Below are positions 20,309 through 34,484 of a stretch of DNA of 64,000 bases, one piece after another. The notes under the pieces are model-generated. The model made no database searches. It was given only the letters and a program-made list of their open reading frames with translations, and had not been told where the DNA came from. The position numbers and the translations under genes were made by a program. How positions within the stretch are numbered: the stretch's first letter is position 1; each line of letters opens with the position of its first letter. The stretch is from Balanoglossus misakiensis (Eukaryota > Animalia > Hemichordata), in contig CM082595.2 of NCBI GenBank assembly GCA_040954595.2, forward strand, positions 10,343,918 to 10,407,917, read 5' to 3'.

Positions 20309-23300
20309 ATCAAACAAGTGAGTATATACTTTCAAGACACCCTGCAAACAAACAAGCCATCTTCATTCCGTAAATCTTTTAAGCTTATTTATACATTGTA
20401 AATTTTGATGTGAAACTTTATTGGTCTTGTTGCCAAACTTCTGAAGAAATGAGGATATTGTTTTGAAGGGTATTTTATCAGTAGGTAACAAATACTATGG
20501 CCCTCCATGCAAATACCCACATGGTAAATTAAAACTGTTACAGATGTATTTGATTTCCACATATTGATTACATGTGGGATAATATTGGGTGCTGGCAGTT
20601 TCAGTAAATGAACTGCTCTTAAAAGTTGGGCGTCAGGGCACCCTTGATTTTGCCTGTTCCAAGCTAGAATAGTCTGTCCATATGAATATTTGTTCAGCAA
20701 GTTACAAGCAATCTTTTAAGTTTGGAATGAAAAAATAGTGAAATGACTTGTGATGTTAATATGCAATTGTTGGTTGATTTACATGCAACCCCCAGGACTC
20801 GATCAATGTTCTCCCAATCCGTACATGAACAACGGTATCTGTGAGCCAATCAGTGGATCGTGCAGTGCGTTTACCTGTCGCTGTCAAGGCCTTATCATTG
20901 GAATCACCTGTGACCAAGGTAAATTTATCAGACGAGGAACTGTTTTTCCCCCCTCATACCGGTATATTTGTCATAGCTGGCAGCTATGAAATTACCTGTA
21001 TATTTAGGATGTGACAAACCAAATAGGCACTTTCAGGAATTGAGTCTTTTTTTGCAATTACTAAGTCCTAAACTCCCAAAAGTATAATAAGTAATTCTTA
21101 TTGTTCAGTTATACATTAAGGAGGCTTAGTTATAGGAGAACCCGATAGAACCACAGCTGTAGGAATTAAGGAAATGGTCATCCCCTAAAAACTTATGTCA
21201 CTACTATTTATTTATTTTCATTCCATTGAAACAGAACAAACTCCATGTAGGCCAAGTCCATGCCTGAACAATGGGCAGTGTACTCGGCTGTCGTGTACAA
21301 CTTATGAGTGTACTTGTCCAGGATGTTTCACCGGCACACACTGCAGCCAGTGTAAAACTCATTAAAACAAACATTTTGTCATGCAGGAACTAACATTTAC
21401 AATCATGTCTCAATACATTGTCTGTTGGTCATACTTTATATTTTCATCTTCAGCATCACACCTTGGGCCTTGGGAATCGTTCACCTCAAAAATGATGTAC
21501 AACTGAAAGAAAACATGTTTATTTGAAGAAAAAAATGTTGATCGTTCATGAAAATTTTCCCTACACAAGATACATATACAGAGATTTTCATAGCCCCACA
21601 AGTGCGTCCCAGAATGAGCAAGTTGTTTTTGGAAGTGAAGTTCCGTTCAGTATTTACAGTAATGGTAATGATGATGTTTTTATCAAACAGATTTTGAAAG
21701 TAAATATTGCTGAGATAACATTAGGTTGCACTTTTTATTGCAGTCCAAGATCCATGCCAGCGAAACAGCTGTCTCAACGGGGCTGTATGTAATGCAGTGG
21801 CCAACTCCTGCACGGCATATACCTGTGCCTGTACTGGTTGCTATGAGGGTAACCGTTGTGAAATATGTAAGTTTCTGACGTACCGTAAATGACAATCTTT
21901 TGGGCACTTTCTCTTCATGGCAATTGAATTGTGTGGTAACTTCTCATTTCTAAAATTTCCACAAGAGAAAAGAAAACAGAAATTTCATTTGTATGTCCGT
22001 GCAATTTAGGATAGGCACGAACTTGTGAGGAAGTGTACGAAGCTGGATGTTTTCATCACTCAAATATACAAGAGTTGCCTCTTGAAGACTAGTGTCTGTA
22101 GAGATAATTGTGCATATGAGGTAATCTCTCCTAAGGTGGTGCACACATCTGAGTATTAAGTAAAAGAGACATCCTTAATTATCCTTACTATTTGGCTTGA
22201 AAAATCAATCTTACTAGGTGTTCTGATTAGAGAGGTGTCCATAAAGACAGGTTTTACTGTATTACCCAAAATAGAGACATTGTCCCTTCATCATATACTT
22301 AATGCGTGTTCTGGGTATGGTTCCAGTATAATGCTTGTGTCAAAGGATTTTGTTGTGGTGCAGGAATCATCTTTGGTTGAGGTGTAGCCATCTGCATTTC
22401 ATGTTTTTTAAACTATTTTTTTTCTGATAGTCATTAACCCATGTGATCAGAATCCGTGTCAAAATGGAGGCTATTGTTCCCAAACACCAAATTCTTATAC
22501 TGACTACACCTGTTACTGCCAGTAGTGTTGGACTGGGGCCATCTGTGCCGTAGGTGTGTCGAATTACTGTTTTATGACACAGCGTGGTATATAAACCCTC
22601 ATTTTTGGTATTCTCAATGTGATAGATGGACCCATACACCAATAAATGGGGTGGAAGCATTACTAAGTTTCATCCTTTCAAAATTTGCTGATGTAGGGTC
22701 AAAATTGAGTGTGAGGTGCACGATAAAAAGGAAAGCCTTCTGTATCATGTTGACGGCACATTTTTAAATTTTTCAAGATTCTTACAGAAAAATCCTAGCA
22801 ATAGCATCATTATGTTATTTTAAATGTACAGGTTTGAAACAAGGAATGAAGACATTGCTCACATATTTAAACGAAATGAACATCACAAGTACATGTACAA
22901 GTTTTTGACAAGCAGGTAATTGATACTTTCATTTTTGTTTTGGCAGCCATTGATCAGTTATACTCTATGCCTTGTCAAAATGGTGGCACATGCGTTGCGC
23001 GAGACGGCTGTTTCCTGTTTGACTGTATGTGTACCGAATGCTTCACTGGTGCCACATGTACAATGCGTAAGTACAAACCAATATTATTTTATTCAATGCA
23101 AAACACTTGTTATGTATTATATAATATAAGTACGGTACACATATTAAAGCCCTGGTAACTCAAACTTTGGGCTAGCTTAATGCTATCACTATTTTTGTTT
23201 TCGGTTGCAACTGTGGTTTCTTGTCACACTCTAAAGGATTTCACAGCATTTGGTTTTTCAAAACAGCCCTTTGGTTGTTGTCATGTATACATGTACATGA

Positions 23301-24568
23301 CTGTGGAGTGTAGTTTGTAGATTCTGTAATTTTGACAATATCTTGACTGCACATCCCACAGCTGTCAACCAGTGTCAACCCATCCAGTGTCAGAATGGTG
23401 GAAACTGTGTGCTGACGCCCAATTGGTGTACTGAATTCACATGCTCCTGTACAAGCTGTTACTCCGGCGATTTATGTCAGACATGTGAGTGATTTTAAAT
23501 TTCAGATGAAGAGGAACATAATAACATAACACATAATCGGCTTGCAGTTGGTTTCTTCCAACCTGTATCAAACAGTGAATAACGACACAATTTTGGGGAA
23601 ATTTATTAAGAATGTGTGTGCCATAAAAGGGGATTGTGTATTTGACCAAACAACAACCTGCACCGTATGGTACACTAAGACACTATTACACCTGTGTCAA
23701 AATTTCATTACGTTTCTTTTGTTGAACATGGAAGAAATTTGTCACAGTGATGTTCTGTTGACCAACTGAGATTTTTACCACTCAACCCTGACTGCACAAA
23801 TCTGTTTAAAGTATATGTAGTAAATATTAACTGTACACAATTTATATCACTTTCTCTTCTGTGCACAGATTTGAATCCGTGTCAGCCCAACCCTTGTCTA
23901 AACAGTGGATTCTGCCAGCAAGTGTCCTGCACCGAGTTCAGATGCCAGAGTTCGCGCTGTTTCATCGGAACCACGTGCGCTGAACGTAAGCAAACCAGTG
24001 TCAGATTTGCCGCACAAAGTAGAAATCGCTGGGCTTTGTCATTGATATTGTCTCAATAAAGTTGCCTGTGATTGTGCAGCTAACCAAGAGACTTATATGC
24101 ACTACCGTAGCCATGATGTATACTTTCATTGACTCAAATGCTCATCAGAGTAGATGTTGCTATTTTTCCAACCGTAAATTGAAACATCAGAAAGTTATGA
24201 CATCAACTACCCCCACCCCCACCCCACCCCACCCCCAACTAGTAAATATTATAAGATGCTGTAATTATGATAAAGATGGTAGCACCAAGCTTGGATCAAG
24301 TGGTCTTCATTATCCTTCACACATGAACATGATCACACGGATGTGCAATCTTCTGACAGTCTGCTACAGATTTCACTTCCCACTCAAGTGTGTAAGACCC
24401 TAATGTGATACTTTTCATTTCTCTCACCCTTAGCGATCAACCAGTGTCTTCTAAACCCATGTCTGAATAACGGAGTGTATCAGCCACTTCAAGGCTCCTG
24501 CTCAATCTACACCTGCAACTGTCCAACCTGCTACACTGGGCAAACATGTGTTACATGTAAGTCACAAG

Positions 24569-25555
24569 TTTTTAGGTCCCATTGGTATGTACCATGGGAC
24601 CTTATGGGATTGGTTACGTCTGTATGTATGGATGGATGGATGGATGTATGTATGTCTGTATGTCCGTCCACATCGAAAACTTGAAAACCGCAGCGCGTAT
24701 GACCTCGATATTTGGCGTGTAGATGCAGGCAGGGCTGTAGATGGGAGTTTGTTCAAATGAAGATGTCATTGCCAAAAATATGCAAATTAGCTGGGAAAAT
24801 GTGAAATTGGTCAAAACTCAAAAACTGGACAACCACTGGTCATATTGATTTGAAAATTGGTATGCATGTACCTTATATCAACCTCATACAATCCTGTATG
24901 TTTTGAGCTAATATTATCGATTTCCTATTTTTTTTGCATTTTTTTGTATTTTTCCATGTTATTGGTAAAAAGTCTTTGAAATTTAGTATGAAGCCTCCTA
25001 ATGTTGTCTAAGTAACCATAGTTTTGTTCAAATTGTTGCAAAATTTGCATATCTATAATTTTGAGCAATATTTGCCATTTTTGGTCAAAAAATGTTTTTC
25101 TTTAAAACCTCATGCCAGATTGCTTTCCAATTTGGTAGGCATGTTCGTAGGGGTAACCTAAATAATATGTTGTAAAAAAAAAAGATATTTGCATAAATGT
25201 GTTATCGTGGAAACTTTTGCAATTTTTGTCAAAAATTGTTTTCACTGAAACCGCTTGTCCTATTGCATTGAACTTAGGCAGCATGTTCCTTGTAGTGATT
25301 GAAGTAAGATATTGTACAATTTTGGTGATATTTGCATATTTGTGTTTTTGCCACTTTTGAACAAATATTTTCTGTGAAACTGCTTGTTGGATTGCTTTGA
25401 AATTAGTTTTTTCTCTGATTGCTTTGAAATTTAGGATATAATTCGGTTCTGAGATCAGAAAGATTAAATATTTAGCGAGTTTTTTTGGTAAGTTTCTTAG
25501 TTTTTGGTTAGCAAATCTTCTCCTAAACAAATTGTCCAGTTGTTTTTAAAGTTAC
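24569..25555 (+). mobile_element. Truncated HINE-like element, copy 2 (right boundary approximate)
   Basis: Same as 7720-8740, with a ~35-bp internal deletion near 25441. Confidence 0.62.
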
Positions 25556-27058
25556 TATTTACAAGGAGTTGTTACCTCGAACAAAGACATGTTTACATAA
25601 CTTAAATAGGCCAGCTGTTACAGAGACCACCAGCTATCAAATTTTAATTACCAGTGGCAGGTCAGTGTGTGTCTGTTCCAGGGCTGACTGAAAGAAGTTG
25701 CTTCGCATATGTGTTTGTACAGACAATTTTTGGTCATTTTTTTTTCTAGCACCACTTGTAAGACTGCCATGACACATGACAGTTTATTGGGCATGTTCCT
25801 TGTTAATGTTTTTACATTCCATATTTCTATATGGTCAGATCATATCTGCTTGCAAATGTCACCTGTAATTTTTATTCTGGTGTGTCACTGTTTCCGCATA
25901 ATCCTCAAATGTCATCAGATCTCCGAATGTGATGAAAACAGTGTGTTTTGAGTGTTTTTTAAATGACCTTTTGGGTTAAAAGTGGCAAAAATGGCAATTT
26001 TGTCTTGAAAGGGGTCAATAAGACTGACTTTTTTGGAATCAGCCCCATTTTTTACATTGAATGGACTAGTCTGCTCAAACTTTCCTTACCAACAATTCTG
26101 TTTAATCTTCTGTAACATGTATACTAGTATACATGTAGCTGCCTGATAGTTTGCCCTGCGTGTGTAATTGCTGAGTGACATAACGCATTCTGTGATTGGT
26201 GCAGTCACGTAACCACCAATAAGATCGCTTGTTATAAGGAGAACTGCACGACCTTTAACCGCATTAGCATACCTGATTTTTAGGGCTCGATATTACCTCT
26301 GAGGACGCAATATTTAAGTTGAAGTTTTTTTCTTTTATCATATTAGAGCAAGATGACTTGTTTTTATGTAAAAGAAATAGACCCTAATATACAGAGTGCG
26401 TTTTGAAACGATAGGCAGGTCCGGCCCATAGCCTAATTCTTCATTTTTCTGTCATGCGTAGGAATTGATCAGTGCTAACAACCCATGTCAAAATGGCAGC
26501 ACTTGCCAACCCTAACCTCGTGTGGGGCATTGACGTGCACCTGCCAAGGATGCTATACTGGGAGCGTTGTGAAAATTGTCAGTCAGTTTCTTTTGTCAAA
26601 TTAATCAATATGTGTGGGACTGCTATACATGTATATAAAACAGAATACTGCGATGGAAAATTCTATAACTTAATGTTTCACTGGATATATGACTTAAAGT
26701 TAGCAGGATGCAGTGAATTCAACAGAAAGTGTAATTTCCTCTTGTGTGAGCTCTGTGCGACTGTGCCAATGAAAATCTCACCACAAACAAAAATGACAGG
26801 TATACACTGTATATTAGCAGCTTTGTCTTTGTAATAGCCATAGTGTTTTGAAGTTGAAAACTTGCAAAGTGTGCAGTTTTATTCACACTACAAAGGAAAC
26901 ATTGTTGAAACGGATTATCTGTGTACATTGTCAAACTGTACACTTGTCGTGAGATTTATTCTCAATTATATTATATCATGCTACCGTCCGCAATTCTGAT
27001 TGAACGAGAGCTAAATCCAGCGATGCTAAAATACTCAATAATGCACTGCTGGCAGTGG

Positions 27059-28236
27059 TAAAACAGGCTTTCTGTTTGCCACATGGGTTTGTTCTTTAGG
27101 TTGTTGTATGTGTTTACACTCATCATGTTTATTGTAGAACCAGGGTCGATCAGTGAGGCAACTGCTGTTTGTTCTATCTGCACTGTTACTTGAGGCCTCC
27201 TGCCATTTGATTGTTGTACAGTGAAGCAGTATTCATCTCCCGAGCTGTCTTCCACTTTATGCACAGCTTTGACAGTTTCATCCTTGTCTACCCTATTTGC
27301 CTTGCCTTTTGATCGGTAGCATTTGGCAAAATGGTTAGGTTTGCCACACTTCCTGCATGACTTGCCTTTAGCTGGACATACTGAGTCATGTGGATAGGTG
27401 CCACCACAATAATAACAAGTGGACGGTCCTTTCGCTGGCTGCTGATGAGCTCTCTTTTGTTTATTTGGTTTCGGGCGTTGATGGCGCTGTTTTCTGACCG
27501 CATTCACAGATGCCGTGTCTGCACCATTATTATGGGGTTTCTCCTCAATCCCACTAGCCTGAACCTCAGTAGATTCTCTAGTGTCGTCTCCTCCCAAAGA
27601 GCACGACGTCTGAGACGGGCTGATGTGAATCCTCGTATGATTTGTGATTTGACCTCTTGATCCTTATTGGTGAAGTCACATATGTTTCTGCTAGGCGTTG
27701 CAAACAAGTGTGATAGGCATCAATCGATTCGCCGTTGTTTTGTATGGTGTCTCTGAAGATGAATCGTTCGTATTCAATGTTCCGTTTGGGTGAGAAGTAC
27801 GACGTAAGCTTTAATTTGGCTGTTTCACAGCTCGTTCCTGTATCTGGTAGAGTATCAAAGAAGTCGGAAACTTCCTCACCTGCCCAGTGCAATAGCAGTG
27901 CACGTTGTCGCTTGTCATCTGTAATGTTGAATGCGACAAATGCGTTTTCTACTCTAACCATGTACTTTTTCCATCTCGTACTGGTGGTTGTCGAGACTGA
28001 ATGAACAGGAAAACTCGGCATTGACGGCTAGCTGATTCTCCATGTTCTCCGTCCTCGTCGCCAAATATAGAATCGTGGGTGGGCAATAATGACAACATGA
28101 GACACCAAGTCCGGCATGTAAGAGTGAGAGTGCCTAGCCTCATTCACGCACTTTATTCATAATGACCCGAATGTTGCATTACGTCATTTTACAGAATGTA
28201 TAAAGTATAGATGCTCACTAGTGTTTGGACACTACA
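27059..28236 (-). mobile_element. Ty3/Gypsy LTR-PBS-gag-protease fragment, copy 2
   Basis: ORFs 27578-28021 and 26971-27597; private 28-bp deletion near 27567. Confidence 0.88.
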
Positions 28237-28754
28237 ATATACATGTGACTGCAGTGTCTTTCCAATCATGAATTTGCAAGGTGTCCTTCGGAGAAAATCT
28301 TCTGATTCTCTTTTCTGATTTGCTTTGCATATTTAACTTAATGATCTCATTTGTTGGAATTCCCTGTCTCAAATTTTTGATGATCAGTCTCTGCCCCATT
28401 GCTCATCGTCCCAACTTTCTGATGATATATGGATGATAGATGGGATCAAATCTTTGGTCGTGTAGTTGCTACAAATGGTAGGTATTGGTTCGTGATTGAG
28501 CCTTTGTGTTGTATATTTGGGGTCGCAGTGGTATGAGTTTGGATTTATGCCAATCTTTAAGTTAAGTGTTATTTGGGTTGCCGTTGAGCATTGATGGCTT
28601 GATAAGTGGGGCTAGGGTCAATTTTGATTGGGTTTGGATTGTTTGGGCTATGATAGGTTGGGTGATGGCTAGGATTTGTGGTGGGTATAAGGTGTGGTGT
28701 AAGAGATGGAGGCATTATGGGGTCTGGTGAGGTTTTTGTGAAGGAGGCCATGGT

Positions 28755-31020
28755 GGCTGCAGAATTCAGGGCATGCTGTAGCGGTTGAATGCATGATGAT
28801 GGTAAACCACAGAGTATTGCAATGCAGTAGTCCAGTTTTGATGTGATTAGAGCATGAACCAGCATCTGGCAAACTTCCTTAGTGAGGTAACGGCGAATGT
28901 GGCTGATTTGACGCAGATGGAAGAAAATTGACTTGCAAATTGCATTAATGTGCTTATTGAAAGTGTAATTGTCGTCGAATGTCACACCTATATTCCGTGC
29001 AGAATTCACAATTTGAACACAACATGATCCAATGCTCATGTGGTTTATGGGACGAGGCGAGCGGTTGAACTGAGACCTTATCAGGAGTACCTCGGGTTTG
29101 CCAACATTTAGTTGAAGTTTATTATGTGTCATCCAGGTTTTTATTTCGTGAACTGCCCTTTCCATCTTGTCTAATGTACTTATGGTGTCTAACTGGAAGA
29201 AATATTGGTATAGTTGGTTGTCATCGGCATATTGGTGAAAATTGATGTTGTGGTGACAAATAAGTTGAGCAAGTGGTTGGATGTAGCTGCAGAACAAAAG
29301 TGGGCCAAGCACTGAACCGTGTGGTACTCCATATTGTAGATATTGAGGTTCTGACATTGTGCCATACAAACTGCTGTCTGTTCTTAAGATATGATGAGAA
29401 CCATTGTAGTGCGATGTTGGTGATGCCCAGTTTTGATAACCTTGAGATGATTGTGTCGTGATCTATGGTATCAAACACAGAGGAGAGATCGAGGAGAACC
29501 ATGAGTACACATTTACCGGCATCCAGTGCCATACAAATATCGTTGTTGACTTTAGTAAGTGCTGTTTCGGTACTGTGATCCTTTCGGTACGCTGACTGCA
29601 GTGGTTCTTGTAGTGAGTTGGTAGTCAAATATGATGTCAGTTGTTGTGCTACAATCTTCCCGATTACTTTTGACAGGAAGGTTAGGTTTGAAACTGGTCT
29701 ATAGTTCTTGAAAATGTTTTTGTCGAGCGAAGGTTTCTTGAGTATATTGGTGTGATGACTGCTATTTTAAGTTATTCAGGAACAGTTCCAGTTTTGAGTG
29801 ACAAATTGATAATTGTGGCTATGATAGTGAGCAGATTACCAAGACATTGCTTATCAAGTGCTGTAGGGATGAGATCAAGTACACGTGTTTTAGATGGAGA
29901 CTGACGGGTTGGTTATAAGCTGATATGGCTGAGGAGAGGTCATTTGGAGGCTAGGACATTTGATGTATTTTGTCGAGATCATGGCTGAAACTATCAATTG
30001 AAATGGCAGATATGACGATAAGATATTTGACGTCTACTGTGTGTTGGTTTCGGAAGAGCAAGTTTTGCATTGACAGAATTGTGATCAGAGAGTTCCAAGC
30101 AGTCTACAGAGACACTCTTGATGTTAGACGCAGAGTTAGATAAGATGAGATCAAGAGTATGACCCTTTCTGTGTGTTGGTTGTTGGACCCATTGTTTCAG
30201 ATTACAGGCGCTGATGATTCCATTGAATTTCTGTGTTACTGGATTCTTATCATCTTCTAGGTGAATATTGAAATCTCCTACGATGAAGAGATTACTTGAG
30301 CAGGTGACATACTTCTCAAGTGTTGTACTGAACTCTTCCATGAACTGTGGTGCGGTGAATTTATTATTAACTGATGGTGGTGGACGGTAGACAAGAATTA
30401 TTTTCATGGAAAGTTTCTGGTGAAGAATAGTTGCTTCCGCTGCCTCAAAAGATTTAACAGAGAGAATAGGCTTCCAAGCTGTTTATTTTAGTGCTAGCTT
30501 ATGAATTTAAGCTAAGCCTCCACCGATCTTGCCAACCCCAGGTAGATGTTTGACAGCATAGCCTGGTGGTGTACATTCAGCCATTACGTGTTCGTCACCA
30601 GATTCCTTCAACCATGTTTCAGTGAGTACAAGAATATCAATTTCTTTATCTGTGATGTAGTCTGCAATGTCTAATGATTTGCATCTAGCTGAGCGGACAT
30701 TCCATGTAGAGAGTAGAAGTTCACACGTATTGTGGAAAGGGTGGATCTTGAATACTGCATAGTCACTCTTCAATAGATATTTAGTGACTCGCTAACTGTT
30801 GCGATTCGTGTGTGTGTAATTTACGTACTTCAAGTTAAATATCGCAACTAGCCGTAATGTTTGACTAGGGGGAGCACCTATACTAATGCGAGTACCAGGG
30901 ATTGAAAGTTGCACCTGTATTTTGATCCCTTAGTTATCCTTATAAGTACATTTGTAGTTTAATAACCATAGTTCTATTGCAAACCATTCTTTCCGTAGTT
31001 TCTTGTTTCAAATATTGTAA
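28755..31020 (-). mobile_element. L2/CR1-group LINE ORF2 remnant (APE endonuclease + RT), copy 2
   Basis: APE motifs TWNVRS, LTETWL, YRPP, GDFN, GHTLDLIL, SDH (29994-30773); RT motifs at 28755-29628; shortened EN-RT linker; frameshifts. Confidence 0.92.
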
Positions 31021-31247
31021 TCTGAATTTATTTTGATGTTTAACAGGTGTGATTATCTGTATTTGCGGCCATTTTGAAAAAAAATTGGTTGCCATGGAAA
31101 CTCTTCAACAGATATTTAGTGACTCGCTATCTGAATTTGTTCAGTACACATTAACACACATCTGAGCCAAGTTTGGTGCTTTTATCACAAAATACACAAT
31201 CGATATGAAAATTGGGTTTTGGTGCTCCACTACCTAAGTAACATTAA

Positions 31248-31664
31248 GGATGTACGTTCAATAAAATGGAAAGTATTGTCATTTTTTTTAATTGTGGATT
31301 TTTTTATTCTCTTTTGTATGTATAATGAAAATCCGTAATAAAATATAGGGGTCACCGCGCTTGTTTTTGAAATACAGAGCCATGAAATTGGTCGATAATA
31401 GAAGAAATCTGCTGACTCAGCATTTTTCACCAATGGTTTGTTTGTCTATGGCCAAAATTCTTAATGCAATTTATCTCAAAAAAGAGCGCGGTGACCCCTA
31501 TATTTTATTTGACCAATGAATTTATATTTGCTGGACTGAGCTATGTGTAAAATTTCGTGAAAATGACAATAGTAGAAGTTTGTTTTCTGGCGATTATCAA
31601 TGTAATCCTATGGGAAAAAGACCGGACACGCAGTGTTTCCGGTTTATGTTCTGCACGTACATCC
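31248..31664. mobile_element. Kolobok-like MITE, copy 2
   Basis: Same as 13053-13469. Confidence 0.78.
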
Positions 31665-31730
31665 TTGATGAAGTTTGCTGGCTAGAGGGCTCCTAAACCT
31701 CCTTAATAGTTGACGTCTTCACTCCTACAG

Positions 31731-34372
31731 GACTGCGCAGCTGGAAGTTAAAGTTCAGCATGTTCTGAAGCATGCACGCTGTGTCCAGGGGTTTCATGTG
31801 TGGAACAGCCAGCCTCTCATCACCAACACAATGCGGACTGGGATATTTTGCCAACAATGGAAGTATAGACTGTACGCCTTGTCCTGCCCCGGGTATAAGT
31901 GCCAATATGATGGTATGTCGGAGCCAGAGGTGTGTGAAGATGGATACTACACTAATATAGATGGTGAGTCAGCACTTAAAGTTTGGGCATTACTGTGTAA
32001 TCTTTCACTTAAAGGCACGTAAGCTGTAACTTTTGGGATAATTTTCATAATTTTTGTTTAAAACTGCACTACCATTAGTCCATGCAGATGAAGGCAGTGA
32101 ACTATACACAAGCATTATAAACCCTAAATATGAGTGCATATGCAAGTTTTAACCAGATAAATAATAAAGCTTTGCCGCAAGCGATTATGGCCGCCACCCT
32201 GGGAAAATGCAAGAAACAATGAAAATGTTGCATTTCCGGTTTTGAAACTTCATAAACAAAACATGATCTCATCCACTTGAGCTCATGGAAGTAAATGTAC
32301 ACCACTGAGACATCAGATTTCCATTTTTCATTGCAATATTGCACTTTTTTTAAAATTGCAGGAATTTTCGTTTTTTCTTTAATTTTTGGCCATTGTGTCA
32401 TAAATAAGTGTTGAGCTTGTTATATTATCATGAAATATCATTTAATAGACATAATTAAAAGCATATATGAGATTATTTAAAACTTTAATTTTTTTATCCA
32501 GTTGCAGCTTACGTGCCTTTAAGGCGGACGATCATCTTATGTGCATGTACGTAATTCTGTGCGTACAAACATTACGTCCAGTCCAAATATTCTGCCAATT
32601 TTACATCCAATGCATTCAAATAGTGGACTGCTTCGCTTTCATCCAGTTTTCATGTGCATCGTATAAGTAGACTTTTGTTTTGTCCCGTCTTTTCACCAAA
32701 TTTGCTCTTTTCCAAATCTCCAACACAGACTATGATCGTCACGATCTTGTCTGTTGTTAGAACAGCACACTGCCGTATGGCATTGACTGTACACAGTTTC
32801 TGTTACCAATATCTCTGGATTGGCATTTTCCTGTCCTCAATCTTTTGCCAGGGATTTTTGTCTCCCCAACCCGCGTGAGAATCCCACGTCTTTGAAGGTA
32901 TGACTGTGACTATAAGATTCTATAAATCTCTGTTTATTTTCAGCACAAACATCATGTGCTGATTGCCCAGCTGGTAACCAATGTCCAAATGGTAACACTG
33001 TGATTTTATGCTCGGCTGGTTATTACAGTTCGGCCTTGGACAAAGGATGTCTCGCTGTACCTCTTGCATAACAGGTAAACTTCTACCCACCCACCTTTAT
33101 TTCCAACATCAAACATTAGGTCAGGTAATTTACTAACTGAAAAATAGGATGGGATCATTTTCTATTTCTGTATTTAAAATTTACTGATATAATATATGAA
33201 TGAAAAAATGACAATTTTTCCAAATTTGAATAGACCTCTATTTATGAAAATAATTAAAATTTGCACCAAATTTTTACAGTGGTATTCAAAGGTTAACTTG
33301 GTGTGTAAATTCTCTGTTTGATTTACAGATCAGCTGGTGCTGAACATTGTACTATTTGTGAGCAAGGGTACGCCTGCATAGATCCCAGTGCATCGCAATT
33401 CAAGTGTACCAAGGGTTACGTGTCATTGGCTGGTGCAACAAACTGTACCAGATGTACAAATGGTAAGATTGTGGTACTTGTTCAGTTTGCTGTGTGATGA
33501 AACTGAGGGGTATGTGTGTTTGCATGTATGTGTTTACAACAGATTTTCAAGTCAGTGCGACTGGGGGTATGTGTGTGTGTGTATGTATGTATGTGTTTAC
33601 AACAGATTATCAACTCAGTGCGAGATCTTGCGAGACCCGGTTAGCCATGTGAGATCTCGCAGAGTCTTATGATATTCAGAAAATGGTTGATTAGAAATGA
33701 CGTTTAATGTCCTCCAAAGAATTTTCTACATGCCTGTATACTTGTCTCAGAATTATGAAGTGAATCATCTCAAGTAATTTGTTATTTTAAATGACACTGT
33801 ATCACAAATACATCACTAAAAACCTCATTTTCTTTAATCAGATGAAATAAGTGAGGAGCCTGCACGCACATCCTGTCTTCTGTGCCCTGCTGGACAATCG
33901 TGTTCAGATCCAATGTAAGATCCGCTCGACTGTGGCAATGGTGAATATGCTATGGAAGGCGACGGCACATGCACGCTTTGTCCAGCGGGATCCAAGTGTC
34001 CAACCATGTCACCCGTAGTGGATTGTTCAACAGTTACTGGTAAGTTGGGCTGCAAATCACTCTTGTGACTTCCCTGTGTTATAGCATGGCATACACAGAA
34101 AATTAAACTGTTATGCTTATTGGAGTTGATATTGTGATGCACTTTGAAAAACACAATGATTCCACTGAAGAGGTATTGTACAGTAAAACCTGTGATTACG
34201 GACATCTCTCTAATAAGGGATCGTTGGACCAAACCATGGTGGTAAAAATCGTTCTTTGAATTTTTTCTGTGATAGGTTCATACTCGCTAGGTTCGGCCAC
34301 GTCCTTCTGGTTATGAATGCACAACTACAAGTGTCACACAGTGCGCTACAGGGCAGTAAAGTGCTGAAGGAG
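31731..34372 (+). pseudogene. CxxCPAG repeat gene fragment, 5 exons, next copy
   Basis: Colinear with 13536-16176; same stops and frameshifts. Confidence 0.85.
32013..32518. mobile_element. Kolobok-like MITE (AGGCACGTAAGCTG), copy 2
   Basis: Same TIR and TTAA as 13817-14322. Confidence 0.87.
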
Positions 34373-34484
34373 GTAAGTCTTGAAATCTCTTTTCTTCTTG
34401 TCTCGATTTGAACATGGTTCCACAAGTTGTTTACATCACTTGTAGTTTTACATATTTTTTTGAGTTCAACAGCTAGCTATACAT

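Larger units (their letters stand above)
16993..26577 (+). pseudogene. EGF-like 12-exon array, copy 2
   Basis: Colinear with 1421-9763 and has the same stops; extra Cys losses in exon 4 (PYMNN, QGLII). Confidence 0.9.
15573..33768 (+). repeat. Tandem unit copy 2 (18,196 bp; contains private 1275-bp HINE insertion)
   Basis: Colinear with copy 1 (ORF offsets 15572, then 16847 after the insertion, then 18195-18196 after the longer LINE). Confidence 0.97.

Noticed and set aside
28569-30773. Reverse transcriptase next to repeated cassettes as a retron/DGR-like diversification system
   Set aside because: Motifs are those of an ordinary L2/CR1-group LINE with an APE endonuclease, and it is frameshifted and truncated. 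EGF exons are near-identical between copies, with no adenine-specific variation.
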